The notes under the pieces are model-generated. The model was not told the DNA's origin. It saw nothing but the letters and a program-made list of their open reading frames with translations, and ran no database searches. Shown here in pieces: positions 46,863-57,118 of a stretch of DNA of 64,000 nt. The position numbers were made by a program, and so were the translations under genes. Origin of the DNA: an uncultured bacterium (GTDB lineage Bacteria; Fidelibacterota; UBA2242); contig CAZNUN010000003.1 of NCBI GenBank assembly GCA_964576275.1, positions 69,848 through 133,847 on the forward strand. The letters run 5' to 3'. The stretch's first letter is position 1; every line of letters begins with the position of its first letter.

Positions 46863-47750
46863 ATGGCAGAATCTAACCGGCAAATCTGGCGGATTATCGA
46901 TGTGCTGAAATGGTCGAAGGACTATCTGCGCGATAAACAAGTCGAATCGCCCCAGATCGAAACCGAATGGATTTTGCGGGAAGTGCTGGGGCTCAGCCGC
47001 CTGGAAATTTACCTGCGACATGAACGTCCGCTTTCAACCACCGAACTCGCTCGAATTAAAGCCCTTTTACTTAAACGGGCGGCCAGTCAGCCAATCCAAT
47101 ATGTACTCGGCAATGCCGAATTCATGGGCTTGAAATTCAAGGTGACGCCGGATGTTTTAATACCGCGCCCGGAGACTGAACTGCTGGTTGAAAAAGTCAC
47201 GGATTTGTGTAAAGTCAAATCCTGGAGTGAACCACATATTCTTGATATCGGAACCGGTTCCGGCTGTATCGCCGTTGCTTTGGCAAAGCGCTTACCGGGC
47301 TGTCAAATAACGGCGGTGGACATTAGTCCGGCTGCCCTGGCGATTGCCCGCGAAAATGCCGGAGAACTGCTTGCCGATAAACAAATTGATTTCAGGCAAC
47401 TGGATATATTGAAGTCGACGGATACTTTACCAAATGGCTTTGACGTGATTGTCTCCAATCCGCCCTATGTAGCCGGCGATTGGTTCCTCAATCTGCCGAA
47501 ATTGGTGAAAGACCATGAGCCGGAAATTGCCCTGAATCCCGGTCCGGACGGTTTGTTGTTTTATCGCCGGATCAGCGAAATCGCTCCGCGACTTTGTAAA
47601 ACCGGCGGTTTCGTCGCGCTGGAAATCGGCGGCGATCATCAGGCTGCGGGAGTTACCGCCTTATTTTCGGGGAATACATTCACGGCGGTTGAGGTTATTA
47701 AAGATTATGCCGGATTGAGCCGGATGGTCGTGGCGGAGCTGACATGCTGA
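46863..47750 (+). CDS. prmC: Release-factor glutamine N5-methyltransferase
   Basis: SAM-binding DIGTGSGCIA and the NPPY motif (VSNPPYV). Confidence 0.9.
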   Translation: MAESNRQIWRIIDVLKWSKDYLRDKQVESPQIETEWILREVLGLSRLEIYLRHERPLSTTELARIKALLLKRAASQPIQYVLGNAEFMGLKFKVTPDVLIPRPETELLVEKVTDLCKVKSWSEPHILDIGTGSGCIAVALAKRLPGCQITAVDISPAALAIARENAGELLADKQIDFRQLDILKSTDTLPNGFDVIVSNPPYVAGDWFLNLPKLVKDHEPEIALNPGPDGLLFYRRISEIAPRLCKTGGFVALEIGGDHQAAGVTALFSGNTFTAVEVIKDYAGLSRMVVAELTC

Positions 47751-48586
47751 AAAAAATTAACGTCTTTCTGAAAATTATGCGGCCGCTAAATTTACTGCAG
47801 GGCGGTATCGCTATTTTGGTTTGTCTGGCTCTGGCCGATCCGCTGCCGCGCTGGTGGCAGGTGCTGCTGGCGATTTTGGTTGTCTGGGCGTACACTGGAG
47901 CCGGCAACACCCTGAATGATTATTACGATCGGGAAATCGATCAAATCAATCGTCCCCACCGCCCGATTCCGGCGGGATTGATCCGCCCGCGTCAGGCTCT
48001 TATTTTCGCGTGGATTCTGTTCGGATCGGGAACCCTAGCCGTGCTCCCGGTTTTCAATCGCCAGATAGCAGTAATTATCCCTATCGCTTTGTTTTTCTTA
48101 ATCGCTTATACTCCGGTCTTCAAATCACGACCGCTGTGGGGCAATCTGATCGTCTCGGGAATTCTGGGAATGACGTTTTTATTCGGTTCGGCTATTTTCG
48201 GCGACATGCGCCCGGGCATTGTGCCCTGCTGTCTGGCGTTTGGTTTTAATTTGATCCGCGAGGTTGTCAAGGACATGCAGGATGTCAAAGGCGATCAAGC
48301 CCTGGGAGCCCGGACGTTTCCGCTGGTATTCGGACTGGAGGCCGCCCGACGTCTGGTGGTCATATTAACATTAATCCTGATACTGGGAGCGCTGGTGCCA
48401 TTTTTCCTGAAAATCTATGGAATATTTTATCTCATTGTTCTGGTTTTAACGGTTGAAATCCCGCTCGTTTTTGTTATATTTTCAGTCAGGCGTGACTGTA
48501 CGCCGGCCAATTGCGGCCGACTGGCGGCGCTTTTAAAAGGTGATGTGTTTTTCGGCCTGCTGGCCATTTTCGCGGGAAGGTTTTAA
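47744..48586 (+). CDS. UbiA-family aromatic prenyltransferase
   Basis: A 9-TM protein with the Asp-rich motifs NTLNDYYDREID and DxxxD. Confidence 0.8.
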   Translation: MLKKINVFLKIMRPLNLLQGGIAILVCLALADPLPRWWQVLLAILVVWAYTGAGNTLNDYYDREIDQINRPHRPIPAGLIRPRQALIFAWILFGSGTLAVLPVFNRQIAVIIPIALFFLIAYTPVFKSRPLWGNLIVSGILGMTFLFGSAIFGDMRPGIVPCCLAFGFNLIREVVKDMQDVKGDQALGARTFPLVFGLEAARRLVVILTLILILGALVPFFLKIYGIFYLIVLVLTVEIPLVFVIFSVRRDCTPANCGRLAALLKGDVFFGLLAIFAGRF

Positions 48587-51500
48587 TGACGCAATTCGTT
48601 CATCTGCATAATCATTCGGACTACAGTTTGCTGGACGGCGCTCAGACGGTCGAATCGATCGTCAAACGGGCAGTCAACCTTGAAATGCCGGCCATCGGCC
48701 TGACCGAGCACGGCAATATGTTCAGCGCCGTACATTTTCTGAAAACTGCCCAGAAACAGGGAATCAAACCGGTGCTGGGCTGTGAAATGTATGTGGCGGA
48801 CACCGATCGTTTCGATAAAAAAAAGCGCGAGCATGGCGGCGGAAATTATCATCATTTTCTGCTTCTGATTCAGAACCGGGAGGGCTATGAGAACCTGATT
48901 AAATTAGTTACGCTCGGTTATACGGAAGGCTTTTATCACCGGCCGCGCATTGACTGGGAACTCTTACAAAAGTATAACAGTGGATTGATCGCCACGACCG
49001 CCTGTATCAAGGGTCTGATACAAAGTACGGCTCTGAAGGGAGATTACGAAAAAGCCAAACAATTGGCCCTCGAATATGGCCGGATTTTCGAAGGACGTTT
49101 CTACCTGGAGGTGCAAAACCACGGCATGGCGGAAGAGTTGCGCTGGTATGAAATTGCCAAAAAGCTGGCCAGCGAGACCGGCCTGCCGCGTGTCCTGACC
49201 AATGATGCCCACTACACTCTGCCGGAACATTGGGAAGCCCACGACGCCCATCTTTGCATCGGAACCGGCAAGGAAATGAGCGATACCGAGCGTCTGTCTT
49301 ACAGCGCTCATGAATACTGGATAAAAACTGCCGATGAAATGGCGGCGCTTTACCCCGGCGATCCGGAGATACTAGAAAACACGCTCAAAATTGCCGGGGA
49401 GTGTGATTTTAAACTCGAGTTCGAACAGTATTACCTGCCGAAATTTCCGATTCCGGAAGAAGCCGGAGTTCAGACGGCTGAAGAATATCTGAATCAATTG
49501 GTCGAAGAGCGCCTGGCCGGGCGCTATTCCGTTGTGACATCTGAAATTCGCGAACGGGTGGATTACGAAATGAGCGTGATCCGCCAGATGGGCTTTGCCG
49601 GTTATTTTCTGATCGTTCAGGATTTCGTGCATTACGCCCGGAAAAATGATATTCCGGTCGGCCCGGGGCGTGGTTCGGCAGCCGGCAGCATCGTGGCATT
49701 TATTCTGGGAATTACAGACATTGATCCGCTCAAATACAAGCTGATTTTCGAGCGTTTTTTAAATCCGGAGCGGATCTCGATGCCGGATATTGACATTGAT
49801 TTTTGCGATACGAAGCGGGCTCTGGTTATTGATTATATCCGTAAAAAATACGGTGAGAACTGCGTAGCCCAGATTATTACTTTCGGGAAAATGAAGGCCA
49901 GAGCCGTGATCCGGGATGTCGGCCGGGTGCTCGGCATGCCGCTGGCGGAAGTCAATCGTATCGCTAAGTTAGTGCCGGAGACGCTTAACATTACGCTCGA
50001 AAATGCCCTGGCCAATACTCCGGAACTGCAGGAGGCCGCCAGCATCGACGAACTGCATCAGAAACTGTTTGCTATTTCCAAAGTTCTGGAAGGCCTGAAC
50101 CGGCACTCGTCCACTCACGCCGCCGGAGTGGTAATCGCGCCGGGCAACCTGACCGATTACATCCCGTTGCATCAGGCGCCCAACAGCAACGATGTCACTA
50201 CTCAGCTCGATATGAAATGTATCGAGCAGATCGGCCTGCTCAAGGTAGATCTGCTCGGCATTCGCAACCTGAGTGTGATCGCCAATACGCTTGAGATGGT
50301 GCGCGAACAGGGAACGGACATTGACCTGAATAAAATCCCCGAGCAGGACGAAAAAACGTTAGCCCTCTTCGGCGAAGGTCAAACGATCGGTATCTTCCAG
50401 TTTGAATCCTCCGGAATGCGCGAATACCTGAAGAAACTGAAACCTTCCGGGATCGAAGATTTGATCGCCATGAACGCCCTTTATCGTCCGGGGCCGATGG
50501 ATATGATTGACGATTTTATTGACCGCAAACAGGGACGCAAGCCGATCACTTATCTGCACCCGCTGATGGAACCGATCCTGGTTGATACTTACGGCATTAT
50601 CGTTTATCAGGAACAGGTGATGCAGATCGCCCACCGCGTCGCCGGCTTTTCGCTGGCCAAGGCCGACTTGATGCGCAAAGCCATGGGCAAGAAACAGAAA
50701 GACACCATGGAATCGCTCCAAAAGGAATTTGTCGAAGGTGCGGTCAAGAATGGTATTTCCAAGCCGATCGCCATCCAGATTTACGAGCTGATCCAGCGAT
50801 TTGCCCAATACGGTTTTAATCGCAGTCACTCGGCGGCTTACGCGATCCTGGCCTATCAATGCGGCTACCTGAAAGCCCATCATCCGGCGGAATTTATGGC
50901 GGCCAACCTGTCGAGTGAAATTAACAATACCGACCGTATTACGATCTTATCGAATGAAGTGCGCAGTATGGGTTACGAAATCCGGCCGCCGGACGTCAAC
51001 TTCAGCGCCGTGCAATTCGTGCCGGAAGGACAGGCGATTCGCTATGGTTTGAACGCTATCAAGAATGTCGGCGAGAAGGCCGCCGAGAATATCGTTGCAG
51101 CCCGTCTCCGCGAGAAAAAGTTCAAAACCTTCTTCCAGTTCGTCGCCGCCCTTGACCTCAAATGCGTCAATCGCAAAGTCCTGGAAAGCCTGATCGCCTC
51201 CGGTTCGACCGATTCGCTGGAAGGCACCCGTGGACAGAAATTTGCCGCTATCGATACTGCTATCCAGTATGCGATGCGCACCCAGGAAGAAAAAACCAAC
51301 AACCAGGTCAGCCTGTTCGGCCTCGGCTCCGGCGCCAACCAGGCGACCCTGATCGAGCCGCATCTGCCAGACGTTCCACCCTGGAACGATTCGGAAAAAT
51401 GGAATAAGGAAAAAGAGCTGCTTGGCATGTATCTGAGCGGCCATCCTCTTTTGGAATATTCGACCGAGATCGAATCTTTCTCGAATTACGATTTTACCGA

Positions 51501-52020
51501 GCCGCTCTGCAATCGGGACAAAGCTAATGTCAAACTCGGTGGTCTGGTCTCAGGTATCAAGACAATGACCGATAAAAAGGGGCGACTGATGGCTTTCATT
51601 AACCTGGAAAGCCTGAACGGCAAAGTTGAACTGATCGCATTTGCCGACGCTTATGAAAAATACCGTGAATATATCAAAAACGATCACCCCATTTTTGTAA
51701 TCGGCACTGTCAATTGCCGGGGCGAAGAAGATGCCAAAATACTCGTTGAGGAAATCAGCCCGTTGCACGGTCTGCTGAATCGCAAATCCAAGAAATTACA
51801 TGTCCGCATCAATGTCAGCCAGCATAACGCGGACGATTTGCGCAATTTAAAAAAATTAGTCAGTCAGCACGCCGGCGACTGCCAGTTTTTCCTGCATTTG
51901 AACGATGGTAACGGTAGCGCCAAGCTCATCCGCAGCGGTTCCCTGCGCGTCAGTGCCGACCGTGAACTGCTGGATATTCTGAAAAAAACCTTCGGTGATG
52001 AAAACGCCTGGGTGGAATAA
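48586..52020 (+). CDS. dnaE: DNA polymerase III alpha subunit
   Basis: 1144 aa with a PHP domain ([16 protein letters not shown]), polymerase core, and OB fold. Its start overlaps the upstream stop (TAATG). Confidence 0.97.
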   Translation: MTQFVHLHNHSDYSLLDGAQTVESIVKRAVNLEMPAIGLTEHGNMFSAVHFLKTAQKQGIKPVLGCEMYVADTDRFDKKKREHGGGNYHHFLLLIQNREGYENLIKLVTLGYTEGFYHRPRIDWELLQKYNSGLIATTACIKGLIQSTALKGDYEKAKQLALEYGRIFEGRFYLEVQNHGMAEELRWYEIAKKLASETGLPRVLTNDAHYTLPEHWEAHDAHLCIGTGKEMSDTERLSYSAHEYWIKTADEMAALYPGDPEILENTLKIAGECDFKLEFEQYYLPKFPIPEEAGVQTAEEYLNQLVEERLAGRYSVVTSEIRERVDYEMSVIRQMGFAGYFLIVQDFVHYARKNDIPVGPGRGSAAGSIVAFILGITDIDPLKYKLIFERFLNPERISMPDIDIDFCDTKRALVIDYIRKKYGENCVAQIITFGKMKARAVIRDVGRVLGMPLAEVNRIAKLVPETLNITLENALANTPELQEAASIDELHQKLFAISKVLEGLNRHSSTHAAGVVIAPGNLTDYIPLHQAPNSNDVTTQLDMKCIEQIGLLKVDLLGIRNLSVIANTLEMVREQGTDIDLNKIPEQDEKTLALFGEGQTIGIFQFESSGMREYLKKLKPSGIEDLIAMNALYRPGPMDMIDDFIDRKQGRKPITYLHPLMEPILVDTYGIIVYQEQVMQIAHRVAGFSLAKADLMRKAMGKKQKDTMESLQKEFVEGAVKNGISKPIAIQIYELIQRFAQYGFNRSHSAAYAILAYQCGYLKAHHPAEFMAANLSSEINNTDRITILSNEVRSMGYEIRPPDVNFSAVQFVPEGQAIRYGLNAIKNVGEKAAENIVAARLREKKFKTFFQFVAALDLKCVNRKVLESLIASGSTDSLEGTRGQKFAAIDTAIQYAMRTQEEKTNNQVSLFGLGSGANQATLIEPHLPDVPPWNDSEKWNKEKELLGMYLSGHPLLEYSTEIESFSNYDFTEPLCNRDKANVKLGGLVSGIKTMTDKKGRLMAFINLESLNGKVELIAFADAYEKYREYIKNDHPIFVIGTVNCRGEEDAKILVEEISPLHGLLNRKSKKLHVRINVSQHNADDLRNLKKLVSQHAGDCQFFLHLNDGNGSAKLIRSGSLRVSADRELLDILKKTFGDENAWVE

Positions 52021-52466
52021 TGATCGCCGTGATTCAAAGATCGAAAAATGCCAGTGTGACTGTTGACGGTGCCGTCGTTGGCCATATTGATCACGGACTG
52101 GTGATTCTGTTGGGAATTTTTATGGATGATGATAAAACGGCGGCGGCTTTTTTGGCGGAAAAGATCGCTGGGTTGCGGATTTTCGGCGACGCTCAACAGA
52201 AAATGAATCTTTCGATTAAAGACACCGGCGGTCAGGCGCTTGTCGTTTCACAGTTTACCCTATGCGGTGACTGGCGCAAGGGACGCCGCCCCAGTTTCAC
52301 TGCCGCCGCCGATCCCGGCCTCGGGCGACAGCTTTACGAAGAATTTATTGCCCTTTTAGAGCAAAACGGCGTACCCACCAGCCAGGGCATTTTCGGAGCC
52401 ATGATGGATGTTGCTCTGGTTAATGACGGACCGGTCACTTTCGTACTCGATAGCAAATTACGCTGA
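52020..52466 (+). CDS. dtd: D-aminoacyl-tRNA deacylase
   Basis: 148 aa with the SQFTL motif and the C-terminal NDGPVTF. Its start overlaps the dnaE stop (TAATG). Confidence 0.9.
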   Translation: MIAVIQRSKNASVTVDGAVVGHIDHGLVILLGIFMDDDKTAAAFLAEKIAGLRIFGDAQQKMNLSIKDTGGQALVVSQFTLCGDWRKGRRPSFTAAADPGLGRQLYEEFIALLEQNGVPTSQGIFGAMMDVALVNDGPVTFVLDSKLR

Positions 52467-52479
52467 CGGAGATAGTCGG

Positions 52480-53193
52480 ATGCGGGCCAAAGAGCCAGCT
52501 GTTTACAAATTACCGATTACTGCATGGCCTGAAAACGACCGGCCCCGCGAAAAATTAATGCAGTCCGGCCCGCTAAAACTGACTGAAACCGAACTATTGG
52601 CGATTCTGCTCAGATCCGGCGCCGGAGGCAATTCTGCACTCGATGTCGCCCGCGAACTAATCCGACGGAGCGGCGGTCTCAAGGCTCTGGCGCAAATGGA
52701 TTATCACGATATTCTCAATTTAAAAATCAAGGGCCTCGGACCGACCAAAGCCGTGACTATCGCCGCCGGTTTGCAATTAGCCCGGCGCTTGCAGGCAGTC
52801 AGCGACGCCCCCCCGGAGTTGATCATTCACGACAGTGAAGAGGTGGCCAGAATCTACAGCCCGAAGCTGCGCGATCTGAAAAAGGAAATTTTCATGGTTG
52901 TGCTCCTGGCCAGCAACAATAAGATCATTCGTGACGCGATTATTTCGGAAGGGGTTCTGAATGCTTCTGTCGTCACTCCGCGTGAAGTTTTTCGTGAGGC
53001 GGTGCTGGGTATGGCAGCCGCCGTGATTCTGATTCACAATCACCCGAGCGGCAATCCCGAACCGAGCAGTGAGGATTTGCGCCTCACGCGCCAGATGAAA
53101 GAAGTCGGTCAGACCATGAACATACCGGTTCTCGATCACCTAATTATTGCCGGCGACCGCTATACCAGCTTCGCAGATAAAAAGTTGCTCTGA
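52480..53193 (+). CDS. radC: RadC-like JAB/MPN domain protein
   Basis: ATG at 52480 with GGAG 10 nt upstream. An HhH region and the JAMM motif HNHPSGNPEPSSED are present. Confidence 0.85.
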   Translation: MRAKEPAVYKLPITAWPENDRPREKLMQSGPLKLTETELLAILLRSGAGGNSALDVARELIRRSGGLKALAQMDYHDILNLKIKGLGPTKAVTIAAGLQLARRLQAVSDAPPELIIHDSEEVARIYSPKLRDLKKEIFMVVLLASNNKIIRDAIISEGVLNASVVTPREVFREAVLGMAAAVILIHNHPSGNPEPSSEDLRLTRQMKEVGQTMNIPVLDHLIIAGDRYTSFADKKLL

Positions 53194-53232
53194 CAGAATG
53201 TTTATGTTAATTTAGACGCCGGAAACAGATTT

Positions 53233-53541
53233 ATGGATAACGATACAGTAAAGTTAGAGATAACCTCATCTGCCCGCGCGGAGATGCTGCACATTTTAGA
53301 AACCGTAACAGAACCAAACCGGATTTTTCATCTTTATGTGAAAGGATTCAGCTGAAGCGGACCCCAGTTGGGGATTGCTCTGGAAGAGCCGCACGCCGCC
53401 GATGAGATCATGGAAGTGGACAATATAAAAGTCGCTTATAATCGTTCCCTGCAGAGGTATTTAGATGGAAAGATCGTGGATTACAGGCCGGACTTTTTTG
53501 GTCACCGGAAATTTATTGTTTATGGTAACTCCGCCTGCTGA
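53233..53541 (+). CDS. Candidate selenoprotein: IscA/HesB-like protein with in-frame TGA (Sec) at codon 41
   Basis: MDNDTVKLEITSSARAEMLHILE...IFHLYVKGFS-TGA-SGPQLGIALEE...YLDGKIVDY...GNSAC aligns by eye with IscA. The TGA at 53353-53355 sits exactly on the first conserved Cys of the SGCSG motif. A hairpin (GCGGACCCC-AGUU-GGGGAUUGC) lies directly downstream. The ORF is absent from the track because the TGA splits it. Confidence 0.55.
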
Positions 53542-53576
53542 TAGCGGATTTGTGATAATAAAGAAAGAGGGATTCA

Positions 53577-54974
53577 ATGGAGACACTTGATCAAGCAACT
53601 CTGCAACAATATGTTGACAACAATCCTGACAGCCATCTGTTACCACGACTGGCCGCGTTTTTCCTGGCGGAAAATGACATCCGGGCGGCAACTGATCTGT
53701 GCCGGCAGGATCTGACAATTCATCCTCAATCTGCGCTTGCTCATTTTATTTGGGCTCTGGGGGCCGAAGCTCAGGACGATATCGACCTGGCAGTGGAACA
53801 TTTCCAGGCCGTCGTGCGCTGCGATGCTTATTTCCTGTCGGCTTATTATAAATTGGTTAAATACAGCCAGGGTTATTTGACTCCCCAACAGCTGAAAAAT
53901 TGTTATGAACAAATCTGCCGTCTGAATCCTTTCGATGCCGATATCGCTGCCAAACTGGCCGCGCTGCCTGAGGATCTCGATATGCTGGCGGTTCAGATGA
54001 AAATCAAGCCTCAGCGCCAACCCAAAACAACTCCTCCTCCGGCTGCCGAACCCACCGCCACCCAAGCAGCGGTTGAACCGGTTCCAGCGGAAGAACCACC
54101 GACTCCGGATTTTTCGAGGCCGGACACAACCCCGGAAGTCGATATAGCCGGCGGTGCCGGACGCCTGGAAAAGTTTTTTAATTCCATGAAAGAAGCTGCC
54201 GATCTGCATAAGCAGCCGGTTGTCGCTTCTAAACCGGAAATTCCTGAGGAGGAAGCTCACTTCGGTCCGCTGGATCTGTCTGAGCCGGATGAAACACCGG
54301 CTGAACCCGAACCTGGGATGGTTTTCGATGAACCCGCATCGGTTCCGTCTCCGGACGCTGCCGAAAAAGCGGAAGGTTCTTCGATCAGCGATTTTTTCAG
54401 CCGGTTGCGCAATAAACCACTCGAGGAAGTTCAGAAGGAAAACTGGATGGCCGAACATGCCATGGCAAGCGTTCAGGCAGAATCACCCGCGCCTAAAGTA
54501 GAATCTCCCAAACCAACCAGTCTGAAAATTGAGGAGCCTCCGATCGAGTCGAATCCGGACATAATTGCCGGAAAACTGGAGAAATTGCTGGCGCCTGAGC
54601 CGGCCCCTCATATCTCCGAACAAATATCCGAAGAGTCCGTGACGCCTGAGATTTCAGCTGAGTCGGAAAACCCGGAGAGTCAACCGGTGGTAACCGCCGA
54701 AAAGCCCGCGGAGACCGCCAAACCATCCGCTCCTAAAAAGCGCCCCCCGCGTCAGACCAAAAAAACCAGCCCGGCTGCCAACAATATTACGTTTCCGATA
54801 CCGACCTGGACTTTGGTGGATGTGCTCACAAAGCAGAAACTTTTCGAGCAAGCCTTGAGTATTCTGGATATAATCGAAGCCAAGTCGAAGAACGAAAAAG
54901 ATCTGGAAAAAGTCCAGACCAGCCGTGCCGAAATCATCAGAAAAATGGCTGAGGAACAATCCGGGGAAGCCTGA
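53577..54974 (+). CDS. Hypothetical protein with an N-terminal TPR-like region and a long Pro/Glu/Ala-rich low-complexity segment
   Basis: An AAGAGGG RBS is present. The 465-aa ORF has acidic PE-rich repeats (PEPAP, EPEPG, ESPAPKVESPKP). No catalytic motifs. Confidence 0.5.
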   Translation: METLDQATLQQYVDNNPDSHLLPRLAAFFLAENDIRAATDLCRQDLTIHPQSALAHFIWALGAEAQDDIDLAVEHFQAVVRCDAYFLSAYYKLVKYSQGYLTPQQLKNCYEQICRLNPFDADIAAKLAALPEDLDMLAVQMKIKPQRQPKTTPPPAAEPTATQAAVEPVPAEEPPTPDFSRPDTTPEVDIAGGAGRLEKFFNSMKEAADLHKQPVVASKPEIPEEEAHFGPLDLSEPDETPAEPEPGMVFDEPASVPSPDAAEKAEGSSISDFFSRLRNKPLEEVQKENWMAEHAMASVQAESPAPKVESPKPTSLKIEEPPIESNPDIIAGKLEKLLAPEPAPHISEQISEESVTPEISAESENPESQPVVTAEKPAETAKPSAPKKRPPRQTKKTSPAANNITFPIPTWTLVDVLTKQKLFEQALSILDIIEAKSKNEKDLEKVQTSRAEIIRKMAEEQSGEA

Positions 54975-55394
54975 TCAGGCGACCGGATTGATCAGGATTT
55001 CGTAACTGATCTCCGTTGATTTGGACAGCATTGCCGAAACCGAGCAGTATTTATTCTGTGACAGGTTTACGGCCTTGGCAATGCTGTCGGCGTTCAGATT
55101 CGGACCGTGGAAGATATATTTCAGGTGAATTTTGGTATAAATGCGCGGATGTTCCTCGCGGCGTTCGGCACTGACCTCGACCAGAAATTTTTCGGCGGGT
55201 GTGCGCATTTTGTGTAAAAGCGATTCGACGTCCATTCCGGTGCAGGCGCCCAGGGCAATCAGAACCATCTCCATGGGCGTGTTGGCGGCGTCCTGTCCGC
55301 CGTGCTCAGCTTTTGTATCAATGACAGTCCAATGATTGGAATCGCCGCGGCCGACGAAGGTGTTATTTTCTAAACGCTGGAGATAGACTTTCAT
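54975..55394 (-). CDS. OsmC/Ohr-family peroxiredoxin-like protein
   Basis: 139 aa with the OsmC signature (LIALGACTGMDV) and conserved Cys residues. Confidence 0.85.
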   Translation of the reverse strand: MKVYLQRLENNTFVGRGDSNHWTVIDTKAEHGGQDAANTPMEMVLIALGACTGMDVESLLHKMRTPAEKFLVEVSAERREEHPRIYTKIHLKYIFHGPNLNADSIAKAVNLSQNKYCSVSAMLSKSTEISYEILINPVA

Positions 55395-55462
55395 GGTACG
55401 TTCCTTAAATTATTTTTGACCGGTGAGGGTGCGTATGGAAATGGTGATAGGATTGTTGAAGA

Positions 55463-55714
55463 TTATTCGTCGCAGGTCTTGGACGGATCATTGAGCTTAA
55501 GACAGGTCAGCAGGTCGCGGGTGACTTTTTCCGGGACCTGATCGCACTGGTCAGCCTGGCGGTATATTTCGATAGTCTGTTTGATTTTATTCACATAGAC
55601 TTCGCAATTGGGATAAGCTTCCATATGATCCCGAATTTGTTTGCAGGGTGAGGAATCGAGATCGCTTCCCAGATATTCGCAAATTTCATGAAAAAGGGTT
55701 TTATTGATAGTCAT
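55463..55714 (-). CDS. Putative Cys-rich (zinc-finger-type) anti-sigma factor
   Basis: 83 aa with 6 Cys plus His. Its start overlaps the ECF sigma stop by 4 nt (ATGA), suggesting translational coupling. Confidence 0.45.
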   Translation of the reverse strand: MTINKTLFHEICEYLGSDLDSSPCKQIRDHMEAYPNCEVYVNKIKQTIEIYRQADQCDQVPEKVTRDLLTCLKLNDPSKTCDE

Positions 55715-56304
55715 GGCAATACATCGGCTTTGACCGAATCCTCTAAATGTTCTTTAAGAAAATTACGGGCGCGCATCAGCCGGATTTTGGTGTTGGAAGG
55801 GGTAATTTGTAAAATGCGGCTGGTGTCTTCGGTTGACAATTCATGTAAATCCCTCAGAATAAAGACCGTGCGGTACATTTCCGGTAATTGTTCTATGAGA
55901 CGGTCTAATTTCTGGCGAAAACGGCGGTCGTTAACGATGCTGAAGTCGAATTTAGGCCATTCGCGGGCATTTTCCGCACTGACCCGCTCGAAGTCGGGAT
56001 CGTCAACCGAGATATGATCGTACTTATGCGGTTTGGATTTGAGTTTGCGCAGGCCGACATTCACGGCGATCCGGTAAAGCCAGGTGTAGAATGAGGATTT
56101 ACCCTGAAATTGACCGATCTTTTTAACCATGATTAAAAATGTTTCCTGTAAAATATCTTCGGCATCCTGCGGGCTTCCCGATAAGCGCAATCCCAGATGA
56201 TAAATCCGGCTGCTGTAACCGGTGACTAATTGCGATAAGGCCACGCGATCGCCTTTTTTGGCGCGCGCAACTAATTGCTCTTCCTGCTGACGGTCGTTTT
56301 CCAA
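55711..56304 (-). CDS. ECF-family RNA polymerase sigma factor
   Basis: Sigma-70 region 2 (YSSRIYHLGLRLSGSPQDAEDILQETF) and region 4 (LPEMYRTVFILRDLHELSTEDTSRILQI). Confidence 0.85.
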   Translation of the reverse strand: MENDRQQEEQLVARAKKGDRVALSQLVTGYSSRIYHLGLRLSGSPQDAEDILQETFLIMVKKIGQFQGKSSFYTWLYRIAVNVGLRKLKSKPHKYDHISVDDPDFERVSAENAREWPKFDFSIVNDRRFRQKLDRLIEQLPEMYRTVFILRDLHELSTEDTSRILQITPSNTKIRLMRARNFLKEHLEDSVKADVLP

Positions 56305-56343
56305 CGCCGATTAATTTAGTGAATGAGCGCCAAAATTCCATTG

Positions 56344-57009
56344 CTATTTTACCGAAGGTGAGTAATCCGACCGGCTGGCTAAGATTTGTTCCAGATATTT
56401 GGACTCGGAAACGGCGCCGTCCACCCTCAGCGTTTCGTTGATAACGGAGCGCGGCACGCCGCGGACCTGGTACTTTTGGGCCAGGTGGGGAAATTCGATG
56501 GCTTCGATCATATCGGCGCGAATGTTTTCATTCAGGAGCGCAAAACGATGAGCGGTTCGCACGGCCGCCGGGCAATACGGACAGGTCGGCGTAATGAAAA
56601 CCTGAATATGCACCGGCCAGGTGACTTTTTTCAGGTCGTTGACGACCTCGGCGGGCAGGTCGGTTTTGCCGTTGGACAAATCTACGATATCTTCCATCAG
56701 GGTCGTGAATTCATAGCCCGACGGGATGCCGTAGAATTTAATCCGGGTGTGCGGCTTGGTGGCGGACATCAGAAGCGTCGCCGGGATTTTGTCCACACCA
56801 TACTGTTCCGCCAGGGCTTTGTCTATCTGGAAATTGTAAACCTCGAGGCTAAGTTTATCGGAAAGCTTCACGACTTCTTCCATTATTTCGCGCGTCTCGC
56901 GGCAGTACTGACATTCGAGTGTCTGGGTAAAATTTACGATCCGCACCGGATCGGTCAGACGGCTGAAAACCTCGCGAACATATTTCTGATCGCTTTCTTT
57001 TAATAGCAT
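56344..57009 (-). CDS. Glutaredoxin-like protein disulfide oxidoreductase with two thioredoxin folds
   Basis: Two CxxC active sites (CQYC and CPYC) in tandem thioredoxin-like halves, the Pyrococcus PDO-type architecture. Confidence 0.7.
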   Translation of the reverse strand: MLLKESDQKYVREVFSRLTDPVRIVNFTQTLECQYCRETREIMEEVVKLSDKLSLEVYNFQIDKALAEQYGVDKIPATLLMSATKPHTRIKFYGIPSGYEFTTLMEDIVDLSNGKTDLPAEVVNDLKKVTWPVHIQVFITPTCPYCPAAVRTAHRFALLNENIRADMIEAIEFPHLAQKYQVRGVPRSVINETLRVDGAVSESKYLEQILASRSDYSPSVK

Positions 57010-57118
57010 CTCAATCTCCTTTCATTTAACGGATTTTTCCACGCTAAATTAGATAAGAGCGGCGGGGCATGGTTACATTTCAGGATGAGTTTTGGTCGGC
57101 GCGGGGCGCTGGCTTTTA

